Positions 1 to 11,934 of a stretch of 64,000 nucleotides of DNA are shown here, piece after piece (the first letter of the stretch is position 1; each line of letters begins with the position of its first letter). The stretch is taken from contig CM082598.2 in assembly GCA_040954595.2 (NCBI GenBank), positions 4,727,097-4,791,096 of the forward strand, written 5' to 3'. This DNA is from Balanoglossus misakiensis. Taxonomy: Eukaryota; Animalia; Hemichordata. The notes under the pieces were generated by a model. It did no database searches. It had not been told where the DNA came from and saw nothing but the letters and a program-made list of their open reading frames with translations. The position numbers were made by a program, and so were the translations under genes.

Positions 1-685
1 ACAGATAGAGGAAAATATCGAATTGATGTACTCATCCGATTTGGAAGCGAAACCTCCCCCAAATTTGTGAAACATTTGATTCCTTATAAGCCAATTTTGG
101 GGCATGATCGGTTTCCTTCTGTAGTGCTACCAATACAATGTATATTGTATCCGGGGCGAGTTACACGTTTCGTATTCGCATATAGATCGAACTAGCCTTG
201 CACTTAGCTACACATACATGTACTGTATTAGAATTGAATGTTGGTTTGTTATTGGCCATTAGTAACGCCCATTGGCGAGCTAACTATACAGTAAAACAGA
301 TGTGTCTCGCTCGCTGCTCATTGACTCGCCATTCTGCCAGTGTCTGGCGTTATATATTTGAATGGACTCATTCGAGAGAGCCGTACAAATAATTTGCTGT
401 CAAACAATTTTCACCTCAGTCACCTTTGTGATGAAGCAATGCTGAAGAGGTCTGTACATGTATGTAGACACCAAATGGTGTAATTGTGTGCACAAGCTAT
501 GTGCAGTGTTTCATTTGGGGGCGGGGCATGTTGGTATCCCCTAGCAACTTGTCAACAGGTGACCACCGCCCCTGAAAGTTCATTCACCCATTAGAGATAT
601 CACACCCCCCCCCCCTTGCCATAGTGTAGTTGAATTCCTCCCCTCCCACCCATACTCAGTTCCCCCCTTGTTGATGCCATCATGG

Positions 686-913
686 CAGTGTTTCATTCAG
701 AATGGTATCAGCAGGGGGGATATGCCCCCTTTGCCAGAATATTTGAGGGGAGATTCCACTCTGGCAAAGGGGGGGGGGGACTGTAATATTGCCAACATGT
801 GAATGACATCATTTTAATTAAGGGGCACTGATCCCCCCTTGACAAACTGCTAGGGGGTGCCATCATGTCAACAGGGGGTGAATCCCCCAAGGCCCTGTCT
901 AGATGAAACACTG
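686..913. mobile_element. MITE family E (hAT-like, CAGTGTTTCAT TIRs)
   Basis: cagtgtttcat...atgaaacactg; homologous copies at 35050-35283 and 56013-56230, and a degenerate copy at ~504-685. Confidence 0.75.
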
Positions 914-1288
914 GCCATCCTTGGTGGAACACACACATGTGATAACAATGCAAACAAATGTATGTGGCAATATATGTACATTATATGCCTATAAAGGCCA
1001 GTCAAGGGACTTTCCTAAACTGGCCTTCATAGACAGGTGGTCTTTATAGACAGGTCAATTTATGCACATGTAAATTGTACAGGGACTAACAAAATGGCCA
1101 CTGTGGCTATATAGAGCTGGTCACTATATAGAGGTGGTCACTAACACAGTTTTGACCTTACATATATTGCTATGTTACTGATATTTTCTTTAACAAGTAT
1201 ACATGTTGCACAGGCACCTGGCGACATTTGATTCACTCATATGTTTCTGGCACTGGCAATAAAGTATTACACCAATATTTTATTGCAG

Positions 1289-1647
1289 CCAAAATCCAGT
1301 GCTTCAGCCTTCCAATTCCTTCGAAGACCTGAATTTTTCCATCGAAGACGAAATCCCTCTCAGCCGGAAGAGACACCCGAGCGGCAGCATCCACGAGATC
1401 GCGGAACACAAACAGGAAGACGAGATCGAAGTCAGCGAAATTCAGAGTAGTCCGATATCGGAAGAGAACGAACTAACGCAACAAAACAATGATTATGCGG
1501 AACGCATCGGGCACATGTCGTTAGAGGAAACGGAAAATGAGGTCTTTATGACGGATTCCGTGAAGGATGACGAGGAGACAACCCGGATACGGTCCGGCAC
1601 GTTGCTGGGAAAAGTCGACAGTGTGGACAGGGAGCAGCTGGATGAAG
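1289..1647 (+). CDS. MON1: MON1 exon, acidic N-terminal region
   Basis: Acceptor tattgcag| and donor G|gtacgg; [14 protein letters not shown]...REQLDE. Phase-2 start means an upstream exon is needed. Confidence 0.8.
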
Positions 1648-4600
1648 GTACGGAATTTGTTCAAGGGACAAAGTCACTCTCTCTCGCTGCCTCTTTTCCA
1701 TTAATTATGTTTGATACAAGACACCGTTTATGTTATTCTACATGTGGATATAGAGTGAATCAACGTTCGACCACACAACTTCCTTCCCAATTGCAGATAC
1801 GGGAGTGAAAAACTGGCCAAAATGAATAATCAGTCTTTACCATTTTGTCGAGATTTTTACTCTCATATCCTACAAACGGGATGAAAGTTGTGTGTGGTCG
1901 AACATTGATTCACTCTATATCCACATGTAGAATAACATAAACGGTGTCTTGTATCAAACATAATCAATGGAAAAAGGGCAGCGAGAGAGAGAAACTTAGT
2001 CCCTTCAATTTCTGTGATTTTCGTTATCTGATGGTCCGTGTTTTTGGCATTTATTTAAAAATTTGAACGTATGCAGAGATATGAGCTTTTTTGCACTGGT
2101 ATGACATGCTTCAGATTTGATCAGCCACTCATTGATTCCAATAGTATATTCGCTAATCTGAGTCTGAATCTGTTGCAGATGTCAAGAGTAGAGAGTGGAG
2201 GAGTCATAAAAAGCATATATTTATTTTAAGTGAAGCTGGCAAGCCTATCTATTCCAGGTAAAGAATATGAGTTGATATTATTTAGTGTTCCAACCTGCAA
2301 TCATGTTTGTCAGATTTGGGGAGCGATAAATGAAGGATTACATGGTATATGTACATAGATATAGCCTATACCACTAGGCTGAAGAACTTGGAAGGGACTC
2401 TTGTTGTTGTACTTTTTAAAGGCCATTTTCTCGATCCTAAGGCAGTACAATGAAGGCAAACAAGAAATCCTTTGTGTTGGCACGTAACTGTTTATTGGAA
2501 ACAAAAGATTTGACCCACTGTTGAGAAGGGCCTTTAAAAAGTGTTACTTTGTATATTTCACAGGTACGGTGCGGAAGACAAACTAGTAACTCTGATGGGT
2601 GTAATGCAAGCCCTTGTGTCGTTCGTTCAGGCAGACAAGAACAGTATCAGGTAAGCCTGCAATTTCCCCCCTACCTTAAACCCTCTCACCGCCATGGTTA
2701 AGTCCAAACCCATCGTTTTCTATGGTAAGGTTGGACCTCTAAAGAGGGAACTGGGGGTGAAAGGGTTAAATTGGTTTTAAATGACCAGAAATGCAGAAGT
2801 GAAAGGAACAATTCATTGTACATTGGGCATAGATATCCAAACTCGTTTGTAGAATTACCTGTATATTTATTGTCAGGCTGAAGTGAAGGAAAATGAAGAT
2901 AGATGACTAGAACCAGGCAGACATAGAAATGGTACAATCATGTCCAGAAAATGTACTGTATTTCAATAAGGACAGCTTTCTTTCAGTTAATGCACATGAA
3001 AATTGCACAGGTACTGTAACAAAGTGGCCACTGTAGACAATTTATATTTATAGAGGTAGCCAATATAGACAGGTTTCCAAATTATATGGAGGTGGCCACT
3101 ATTAAATACAAACATGTACATGTTATTGTTAGACCTCTAGACTGTATGTAATCTAACTGTATATTGTATGACTGTTTATCTCTGACAGGTCTATCTGTGC
3201 AGGCGATCACAAGTTTGTATTTCTAAGCAGGTTGCCATTAATCTTAGTCGCTGTATCTAGCACACAGCAATCTCAGCAACAGGTAGGTGATTACATACAT
3301 TTTCTATCACAATGAATGTTTTGAATTATAGACTTTTGATTCATAATTGTCAATCCAATGGACGTTATTTTCTTTTGCTTTCATCTGAAACCTTACACAA
3401 TTACAATATTAGTAGCTGTATCTAGCACACAGCAATGATAACAATCATTTGCTGTCACAATGAATGTTTTGATTCAGACTTTTGATTCATCATTGTCAAT
3501 GGATATTACTTTCTTATCTTTGGACTTCACGTGAAACCTTTCACAATTATAATAAAAAGAATTTTCTGTTTTTTTTCTTTCAGTTAATTGTGCAATTAAC
3601 ATACGTTTACAGTCAGATCGTTAGTGTTTTAACCTTCAGTCAACTGAATAGAATATTTCAACAGAGAAGAAATTATGATTTAAGAAGACTTTTAACAGGT
3701 GAGTACTTATGAATGATTGAAATAGGGTACCCGGTACTTATAGTTGTCACCCTTTTTCTGTATATTTGGTTGCAGCCTTGTGATTTAAAAGCAATAGATC
3801 GTCTCACGCGCATGCGCGTAACTTCCCAGCGAATTTTCCGTTCGATGCATTCAAATAGTGGACTGCCTTCGCTTCCTTCCATATTTCATGCGCACCGTAT
3901 AAGTGGTGTTGTCCCTCCTTTTCACCCAAGCTAGTGTCTTTTCACGATCTCCGACACAGATTATGGTCGCCGCCATCTTCTCTGTTGTTAGGACAGAGCA
4001 CTGCCTTATGGGATTGACTGTTCACTAAACGTCTGTAACCAGCGGCTACAGCTGGAACTTGCGTGTGAGACGAGCTAGGCGCTTTAAAATAACGGGGTTG
4101 TACCATTCTTTGACAGTGAAGGGGTGTAGGTGCACAATCATCTGCACAAAGAACAGATACCATGGCAACCAGTCTGATTTTTCACTGTTTTCTTAATAGT
4201 GAGAGTACCCTCTAGAGGTGGCACACACTGTCTTAAAAGGGGGCAAAGTCTCTCTCTCGCTGCCCCTTTTCCATTAATTATGTTTGATACAAGACACAGT
4301 TCTACATATGGATATATGGTGAATCAACATTCAACCACACACAATTTCCATCCCACTTGTAGACACGAGAGAGAAAAACTCGCCAAAATGAATAATCAGT
4401 GTTTACCATTTATTCATTTTGGCGAGACTTTTACTCTCATATCCTCCAAACAGGATGGAAGTTGTGTGTGGTCGAACGTTGATACACTATTTATCCACAT
4501 GTCGAATAACATAAAACGGTGTCTTGTATCAAACATAATTAATAGGAAAATGGCAGCAAGAGAGAGACTTTGTCCCTTTAACCCTTTCACCCCCAATTCC

Positions 4601-7600
4601 CTCTTTGGAGGTCCAACTCTACCGTAGAAAGCAATAGCTTTGGACCAAACCATGGTAGTGAAAGGGTGAAGTCATGATATAATCTTTCTCTGTTCTCCTT
4701 CCTCCACAGGGACTGAAAAATTTATTGATAATTTATTGAACTGGATTGATACAGATCCAAGCTTTCTACTACAAGCTGTTAGGTGTTTACCAATGCCTAG
4801 TGCTGTTCGAGAAAATATAGCCCAGAGTTTGTATAGTATTAAAGTTAGGGTAAGTACTTGTATGTCTGTTTTGTTATGTTAAACGGACAAAGTCTCTCTC
4901 TCTGCCCCTTTTTCCATTAATTATGTTTGATACAAGACACCGTAAATGTTAATGTACATGTGTATACCCGGTATATAGTGAATGAATGTTCAACCACACA
5001 CAACTTCCATCCTGCTTGTATGATTTGAGAGTAAAAACTAGCTCAATACAATACAAATAATTAAATATCTGATTTATTGCAGGACCTTGTGTTTGCTATT
5101 CTAATTTCAAAAAATCAACTGATAGCCTTAGTGAGGATGAAGAAATATGTACTACATCCTGCAGGTCTGTGTAAACATTTTGAAAATCAATATTCAATTT
5201 TTTAAAGAGTGCATTTATTTTTGTACATCATTGATGAGTTGAATGCCGGTCTTTTTGTGCTGCCAAAAAATGATGCCCGCTCACTTTGTGTATGGTGAGT
5301 TCTTATGCATAGCTGCAGATGAAGTGTGTTACAAAACATATATATTGACTGAAATTTTGGGCAACAGCATATGTCTTTCACCCCTCAAGACTGTGAGTCA
5401 CCCGCCAAAATAGACTGTTTCACTCGGCCTCAGGAAACAGTCTGTTTTGGGGGGTGACTTACAGTCCGTCGGGTGACAGATGTATGCTATTGCCCTGATG
5501 GCCAGTCAATATGTGTACAGTGAAACCTGTCATTACGGACACCTCTCTAATCAGGACACCCATCCATTAAGGAGGTGTCCTTATTTGACAGGTTTCACTG
5601 TACACTGTATTTTTCACTCATGGTGCCTGACCAACTTCTTGTTGTCGCTACTTACCTTCAGATCTTCACCTGATCTTCAACCTCGTAAGTGCCTCCACTT
5701 CCTTCAAGGCGGCCGAGTCGTGGACGCCGATCTGTCTGCCGAAGTTCGACAGCAGTGGCTTCCTGCACGCCCACGTTTCCTACCTTGACGACACCGATGC
5801 CTGCTTGCTGTTGCTCACTGTCGACAAAGAGTTGTTCTTCACTTTATCCGATTGTAGACAGAAAATTTTTGAGGTAGGTTGGTCTGTTACCTTATGCTTG
5901 GTGTGTGTGTGTATTCCAGGGGAGATTATGGGATCAGCTGGTATCCATCAACTGTCTGTCTGTCTGTTTCTCTCTGTCTGTTTCTCTGTCTGTATGCCTG
6001 TCTGTATGCCTATCTCTCTCTCTGTCTGTCTGTTTCTCTGTCTGTCTCTGTCTCTGTCTGTCTGTGTGTCAGTCTGTCCCTATGTCTCTCTCTTTCTATT
6101 TCTCTGTCTGTATGCCTATCTGTCTGTCTCTCTCTCTGTCTGTCTGTCTGTCTGCGAGTCTATGCATGCATGTGCATGTTAGTGGATGAATGGATGTGTC
6201 GGAAAACGATGATTGTAAATGTACTGTTAGGGTGTCTGTCCATCCTGTGTTCATTCACAACATCCCACAGATATATGTGACCTTCATATTTCCAGTCTTG
6301 GTACGAAGATCACACACAACAATGCACACATGTGTCTGTGTTTGCCCACCAGTGATCAGCACATGCTATATTAATTAAACCCAGGGCTAAGGCATAGTTA
6401 GCCCAGTGTTAGCAAATTTGAAAATATCTTTTTATTATTTCTCATCACCAACAGAGGTTACGAAAGCAAGGGTGCGTGAAAGTGATACAAGAGTCGCTCA
6501 GAAACGACAGTTATAAAGTCGCCCAAGTCGGGATCAGCGATCTCAGACATTTCCTCTACAAGTCCAGGAGTACAGCACAGTTCACCAGTCCTGCATGGGA
6601 GCCTCCCTACACGGACGTTGAACAGAGAGAAAGGTTAGTTGTTGTTACTTAAAGGGACAAAGTCTCTCTCTCGCTGCCCTTTTTCCATTTATTATGTTTG
6701 ATACAAGACACCGTCCATGTTATTCTACATGTGGATATATAGAGAATCAACATTCAACGACACACAACTTCCATCCCGTTTGTAGGATATGAGAGTAAAA
6801 ATCCCGCCAAAATGAATAAATGCTAAACACCGATTATTCATTTTGCCGAGTTTTTCACTCTCCTGTCTACAAGTTGGATGGCAGTTGTGTGTGGTTGAAT
6901 GTTGATTCACTATATATCCACATGTAGAATAATATAAACGGTGTCTGGTATCAAATATAATTAATGGGAAAAGGGCAGCGAGAGAGAGACTTTGTCCCTT
7001 TAATTTTGCGTTACACTGGAACATCACAGAGAGGCTTAGACTAGCTCTCACAGCCCACGGTTGGCTACAAGGCTCTTCACTGATGCGCCCTCAACCGTTT
7101 GGCAAGGGAGAAGCACCGTTTGGTGTTGTGTAGCGAACCTCTCTCGCCGGGCACACATGCAATCAGACCATAAGCCTGCATGGACAGCGAGAGGGGCTGA
7201 GAGAGAATCTAACAGTGGGCTGTGCTTGGGTTCACTCTACAAGGGGCGTGTCCAGTTTTTCACTCATGTACAATTTATATATTTATTCATGATGTACATC
7301 AACAAGAGCAGTATGTGTGATGTGGATTTTTTTTTAATTCTTCATGCATGAAATCATGTAAACAATGAAACAAAGTCTTTGCCTCATGAAGCTGTTTGTT
7401 TACTGATCATTTCAGCAAATGACCCTGTCCCCCCCTTCCTCCAGGTTATTTGGTATGTACCAGTTCCTTCACCAGAGAATACACTGTACAAGACCCCTCA
7501 AGATACTCTTCCATGCTTCAGAGAAAGAAACACTGCTGGGCTGGGTGAGTTATTTTGAATTCGATATTGATATGTAAGGTGTTAAAGGTATACGATCACC

Positions 7601-8928
7601 TATGGAAAATTAGCTATGGTTACCATGGCAAATTGAGATCTAGCCCATCACAGATTTTCAGTTGGTGGTATACACGAAAAAAAGAGCGCCACCATATGTT
7701 CTTAAGAATGCTCAAATATGCCATTTCAGCTGTATATGGGCGTACTTAAATTGGCGGTGACTGTATACCTTTAAAGGGACAAAGTCTCTCTCTCGCTGCC
7801 CTTTTTTCCATTATATTTGATAAGAGACAACGTTTGTTATTCTACATGTGGATATATAGTGAATGAACTTTCAACCACACACATCTTCCATCCCTCTTAT
7901 AGACAGGAGAGTGAAAAAACTCGCCAAAATGAATAATTGTTCTTTACCATTTATTCATTTTGGGCGAGTTTTTACTCTCATATCATACAAACGAGATGGA
8001 AGTTGTGTGTGGTCGAATGTTGATTCACCATATATCCACATGTAGAATAACATAAACGGCGTCTTGTATCAAACATAATGGAAAAAGGCCAGCGAGAGAG
8101 AGACTTTGTCCCTTTAAAGGGACATGAATTGTAACTTTTGGCTGTATTTTTAGTATGTTTGTTCTGTGTACCAATGGCAATTTCTTCTCTACTCAGATCT
8201 GTACACTGATATATTCAATACTCTGCTTGTCAACATAGTCGGTATGCGTGTAATAGCCATTGTTATTGTTGACAAATGAATTGTAGTTCGGACTTTAATG
8301 CAAATTTTGCACACAAAAACAATGCTGACTTTACACATACATGTATATGTTGTGTTGATAAGCTAAATGATGTGCATTTATTTCTTCATGCTTCAGGGAT
8401 TTGAACAAGAAATTGCCAAAACTTTGTGTGATGTATAGATTCTGATTTTGAAATTTGTTTTTCGTTTTCCCACAGGTGACGTCAGGATTTGAATTATATG
8501 CAACATTCGGGCCACTTGTGACCAAACCAGTGGCCATCACCGCAGTGAATAAATTACTCAAATGGATAAAGGTAAGAAGTTATTTTCTATAAAAGGTGCT
8601 ACGTGGGTGTACCCCCTGATGAGAATATGTCCTCCTCCCATACCAGCGCAAACCCCACTGCAGTCACCACAACCTACTAGGATCTTCAGTTGCTGTCATG
8701 CCCAGTCTACACTACAGTTGGCTGCTTCGTTCATTCTAAGAATCATCTAATTTCAGGGATTTGTGGATGAATTGTAATGTTTATAAACAAACAAATGCAG
8801 CACGACAACCCCTTCACTTTATTTTATTTTAAAAACAGATATTGGCTCTAATGTAGTTTCTTGATTTTTTTTTCTTGTTACAGAAAGAAGAGGAAAGATT
8901 TTTCATTCTGAATTCACCAGTTTTCTAA
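1289..8928 (+). CDS. MON1: Vacuolar fusion protein MON1 homolog (Mon1-Ccz1 Rab7 GEF subunit), 12 coding exons, 5' end incomplete
   Basis: Exons 1289-1647, 2179-2257, 2564-2650, 3189-3282, 3584-3698, 4710-4849, 5083-5164, 5662-5873, 6455-6633, 7445-7544, 8476-8571 and 8884-8928 are all AG/GT bounded and phase-compatible. The translation contains the MON1 motifs [45 protein letters not shown] and [15 protein letters not shown]. Confidence 0.95.
1664..2004. mobile_element. MITE family A (Kolobok-like, TTAA target, ~340 bp, long TIRs)
   Basis: agggacaaagtc...gtccct termini with ~100-bp inverted arms; about 12 copies or fragments in the window. Confidence 0.85.
2179..2257 (+). CDS. MON1: MON1 exon
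   Basis: [27 protein letters not shown]; ttgcag| and |gtaaag. Confidence 0.95.
2564..2650 (+). CDS. MON1: MON1 exon
   Basis: [29 protein letters not shown]; cacag| and |gtaagc. Confidence 0.95.
2681..2765. mobile_element. MITE family D (piggyBac-like CCCT...AGGG ends, ~85 bp)
   Basis: Ends in gtgaaagggttaa; copies at 4582-4666, 10998-11085, 41310-41392, 50903-50997 and 58924-59010. Confidence 0.7.
3189..3282 (+). CDS. MON1: MON1 exon
   Basis: [31 protein letters not shown]; gacag| and |gtaggt. Confidence 0.93.
3584..3698 (+). CDS. MON1: MON1 exon
   Basis: [38 protein letters not shown]; tttcag| and |gtgagt. Confidence 0.95.
3789..4083 (+). mobile_element. Non-autonomous TTAA element, family C (~290 bp, imperfect ~26-bp TIRs)
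   Basis: Flanked by TTAA on both sides; near-identical copies at 10139-10368, 39997-40276 and 55278-55556 (reverse). Confidence 0.85.
4237..4577. mobile_element. MITE family A copy
   Basis: Family A arms; TTAA at 4233 and 4578. Confidence 0.85.
4582..4666. mobile_element. MITE family D copy
   Basis: ttaa-ccctttcacc...ggtagtgaaaggg; shares its TTAA with the family A copy. Confidence 0.7.
4710..4849 (+). CDS. MON1: MON1 exon
   Basis: [47 protein letters not shown]; ccacag| and |gtaagt. Confidence 0.95.
4883..5040. mobile_element. MITE family A, truncated copy
   Basis: Left arm only. Confidence 0.75.
5083..5164 (+). CDS. MON1: MON1 exon
   Basis: [27 protein letters not shown]; ttgcag| and |gtctgt. 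Confidence 0.93.
5340..5513. repeat. Palindromic (foldback) element, ~170 bp
   Basis: Arms gggcaacagcatatgtct...agactgtttc and gaaacagtctg...agatgtatgctattgccc are reverse complements. Confidence 0.7.
5518..5600. mobile_element. MITE family G (Tc1/mariner-pogo-like, TA-CAGT ends)
   Basis: ta-cagtgaaacctgtc...gacaggtttcactg-ta; relatives at ~985-1160, 2990-3080, 25950-26090, 36483-36670 and 63348-63508. Confidence 0.7.
5662..5873 (+). CDS. MON1: MON1 exon
   Basis: [42 protein letters not shown]...RQKIFE; cttcag| and |gtaggt. Confidence 0.95.
5953..6180. repeat. (TGTC/TC)n microsatellite
   Basis: Degenerate tgtc/tctc runs. Confidence 0.95.
6455..6633 (+). CDS. MON1: MON1 exon
   Basis: [15 protein letters not shown]...[23 protein letters not shown]; caacag| and |gttagt. 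Confidence 0.95.
6653..6999. mobile_element. MITE family A, full copy
   Basis: Perfect TTAA at 6649-6652 and 7000-7003; long TIRs. Confidence 0.9.
7445..7544 (+). CDS. MON1: MON1 exon
   Basis: [33 protein letters not shown]; ctccag| and |gtgagt. Confidence 0.95.
7586..7770. mobile_element. MITE family B (Kolobok-like, AGGTATAC...GTATACCT, TTAA TSD, ~185 bp)
   Basis: TTAA on both sides; copies at 37960-38148, 46116-46284 and 60701-60885. Confidence 0.85.
7775..8113. mobile_element. MITE family A, full copy
   Basis: TTAA at 7771 and 8114. Confidence 0.9.
8476..8571 (+). CDS. MON1: MON1 exon
   Basis: [32 protein letters not shown]; ccacag| and |gtaaga. Confidence 0.95.
8884..8928 (+). CDS. 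MON1: MON1 last coding exon
   Basis: [14 protein letters not shown] then TAA; ttacag| acceptor. Confidence 0.95.
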   Translation, partial: KEEERFFILNSPVF

Positions 8929-10138
8929 CAACAGTGACCCAAGCATACTTTGTACAATGGATGGAATCTGTATTCATAAATGCAAGGATTGTGAAAATGT
9001 GCAAATTTCTATGATCGACGCCGTGGCGCAGAAATTCTTATTTCTGTCTAAGCTGATGTGCAGAGACTTTCATCGACACAGGACCTGTTTGGTTGGTTGA
9101 TTCTGGAAGAATTCCAAGATGGCGGCAGAAAATTAATAGCAGAATCCAAAATGTCAGTGGGATCATGGGTAATGATGGAATCCAAGATGGCTGCTCAGTC
9201 AGTTCAGCTTCGGCTGAAAAGTAATCAAAAATGCCTGCCTGAAATCAAACCTTATGAAATTCCTGCTTCAGAAGTAAATGAAAGTTAAGATTTCTGTGGA
9301 GGTTTCCCTAAAATCATGGAAATAATGTATAAAATTCAAGATTAGTTTTTAAAAAATTGACTCGGGAAGATTGTGATGATAAGAGTGAAATATGTGAAAT
9401 TTTCGAACTCTCAAAAATGGGACAGCTTCTGCAGTTTTTGCACTGTAGTATTTGTGGACCTGTGAACAGAAGATTTACAGTGAACAGAAGTGGCATAGCA
9501 TTAATAATCTGAAATCATTTCCCCAAAATTATTTATCTAGAGAACCCCTTTAAACTCAAACTTTACCATAGACAACAGTGGATCAAACCTTGGTGCAATT
9601 TATAAGGAAGACTATTGGAAATTGAAATTGTCAATTCTTTGAAGAGGGCTGTTCTGCAGACTGCTTGACTGCCGTTTGCGTGATCAATTTGTGCATTGAG
9701 TTTTGCAGTAAAAATAGATTCATGGTTGGAATATGTGTTTAGCAGCTGATCCTAGGTATGGGATTACTGTATAAGTGCAGTATCTTAATTTAAAAATTAC
9801 AATGGATTTAATATATCTTGTATAAATTTTTCAGGGCTTAAATAACATAAATATAAAATGATTAGACGTTGGCAAAAATCTGGTTTCAGTATCGGTTTTC
9901 AAATTCTGTGAATTCCATGTTTGCTGTCAGGCCTAGGGAATGTGGCAATTTTCGCTGTAATCTTTCATTGTACATTTTGAAATTGTTCACAAGTGTTACT
10001 TGCAAAGGTTTATTGGTTCAACTGCTGTTGTATTCCATATTACTTTGGAGAGATTGAGAATATTGCGTGCGCACAATTTTACTGTGTGAATTATCAGTTG
10101 AGGGTTGGCTACTTACATGCATTTTGTTGGGGGGGGGG

Positions 10139-10368
10139 GACTGCCTTCGCTTCCTTCTATATTTCATGCGCACCGTATAAGTAGATTCTGGTTTTGTCCC
10201 TCCTTTTCACCCAAGCTAGTGTCTTTTCCTGATCTCCGACACAGATTATGGTCGCCGCCATCTTCTCTGTTGTTAGGACAGAGCACTGCCTTATGGGATT
10301 GACTGTTCACTAAACGTCTGTAACCAGCGGCTACAGCTGGAACATGCGTGTGAGATGAGCTACGCGCT
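10139..10368 (+). mobile_element. Family C copy, 5'-truncated, in the putative MON1 3' UTR
   Basis: Near-identical to 39997-40276; ends gcgct-ttaa. Confidence 0.85.
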
Positions 10369-10997
10369 TTAAGAAAACAATCGCGTGAGTTATACATGGC
10401 GAAAAGGACTTTCCCAGAATATATTTAACCCAAAGCTGTCATTTTTGCTCCTCACAAAAAAGGCAACTTTATGTAGTTTACAATGTCGTGTTCACAGTGT
10501 ATTAGGTTTTGTAGTCAAGACAAAATGTTGACTTTTATGTTGGCTGGTTTGTTATTTGTTTGTTTTCATGCAGATCTGCCTGCAATTGAAGTATTGTTGA
10601 AACCAATCTAATTCATGATTTTTAGTTTCTTAAGAAAATACCTTTTAGTTTACAAATCAGCTATTTTGCGTCCTCCTCTTCATGATTATGTTTTAAAATT
10701 ACTTTTTTATTTGTACAGTTTTTTGGCTAAAAAACAACAAAAAAATTCTTTTAAACTTCACTGATTGTAAGATGAGCATTCGTGATCCAATCAGTGTGCT
10801 TCTAACATTGTTCATTTTAGAGAAGCCAATGACATTGCTTGATACAAATGCAATTTGTGTTTCCTCCCTAGAATTTTTTTTATTATGCTTCCTTGTATAA
10901 ACATGTTCCCTTTGATATTCGCAGCGAAGTGTACAGTTATACATGAAGTTTGTTTGTTTGTTTTTTAAACCGTTCAGATCTTTTGCAAGACTCTTAA

Positions 10998-11085
10998 CCC
11001 TTTCACCACCATGGTTTAGTCCAAACCTGTTGTTTTCTATGGTAAAGTTGGGCTTCTGTATTGAGGGAAATGGGGGGTAAAAGGG
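10998..11085. mobile_element. MITE family D copy
   Basis: ttaa-ccctttcacc...ggtaaaaggg. Confidence 0.7.
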
Positions 11086-11549
11086 TTTAATTACAGAAAC
11101 TGAAACCAAAGTATTGCAGCTGTTCATAATTATACATCAGGCTCCAAATTAAACTCTGCATATGTGACGAAAATCTAAAATACCAATTTACCTGCAACAG
11201 AGAATCTTGGAATAATTTTGAAAAGCAGCTTAAAATTTGGCAAGATTTGCCAAGGAAGTAAGTAAATCATCATGTTGATCGATTGAAAATCATAAACAGT
11301 TGACTCACAATCAGCCAATTATTAGCCGTGCAAAACTCAAGTCAGATGTGTGTGGTTGTTTTAGCGATTTTGATTGGTGAATAGTGGTTGCATTTCACGG
11401 TTGGGATCCCCCTTGACCAATGCAGATTGATTTTCCATGGGTACCTATAAAACTCATCTCATTTTGCCGATACAGTGGATGCTGTATTCTATACTTGGTC
11501 TTATAGACTTTATCTGATATGTACAGTTGATTACATTAATGTACAGATG

Positions 11550-11561
11550 AATAAAAATAAA
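11550..11561 (+). terminator. Candidate MON1 polyadenylation signal (tandem AATAAA)
   Basis: aataaaaataaa followed by a GT/T-rich tract at ~11575-11600; would give a ~2.6 kb 3' UTR. Confidence 0.5.
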
Positions 11562-11934
11562 CTCGGTAAAAGTTGAGTGTCATAGTTTTATTTTTGTGTG
11601 CGAATCTGTAGAATATGATTGTCACTGACCCGACAGTATAACGAGTCGAAAGTTTTGTGATTGCTGACGTTGGTGGTGCACTTTACATGTTTCCAGCTGT
11701 TCCGCCGGGGGGGAGATTGTGTCTTCCTCCCACCGGAGGAACAGCTGCTGGCGTATTTCAAGATGGCGACGCACATGGTAGGACTTCGATGAAAACAACA
11801 CGTCGTGGCGTGCATTTGCCCCATAATGTAAGTATAATTGAGTGTAGCGATTCCATTCCATTCCTTTTTGATAATGTTAACAGTTTTGACTTGTGTGCGA
11901 GTAACTTATATCATTCTATCATGTATATATTCAC

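Noticed and set aside
1-1288. MON1 start exon
   Set aside because: No ATG-containing exon with a convincing phase-2 donor was found; it probably lies upstream of the window
1648-1808. 3' part of ORF 1299-1808
   Set aside because: Read-through past the MON1 donor into a family A MITE; similar peptides recur wherever the MITE occurs (4199, 6725, 7863, 31249, 32428)
5805-6280. Overlapping Cys/Leu/Ser/Val-rich ORFs
   Set aside because: Products of the (TGTC)n microsatellite
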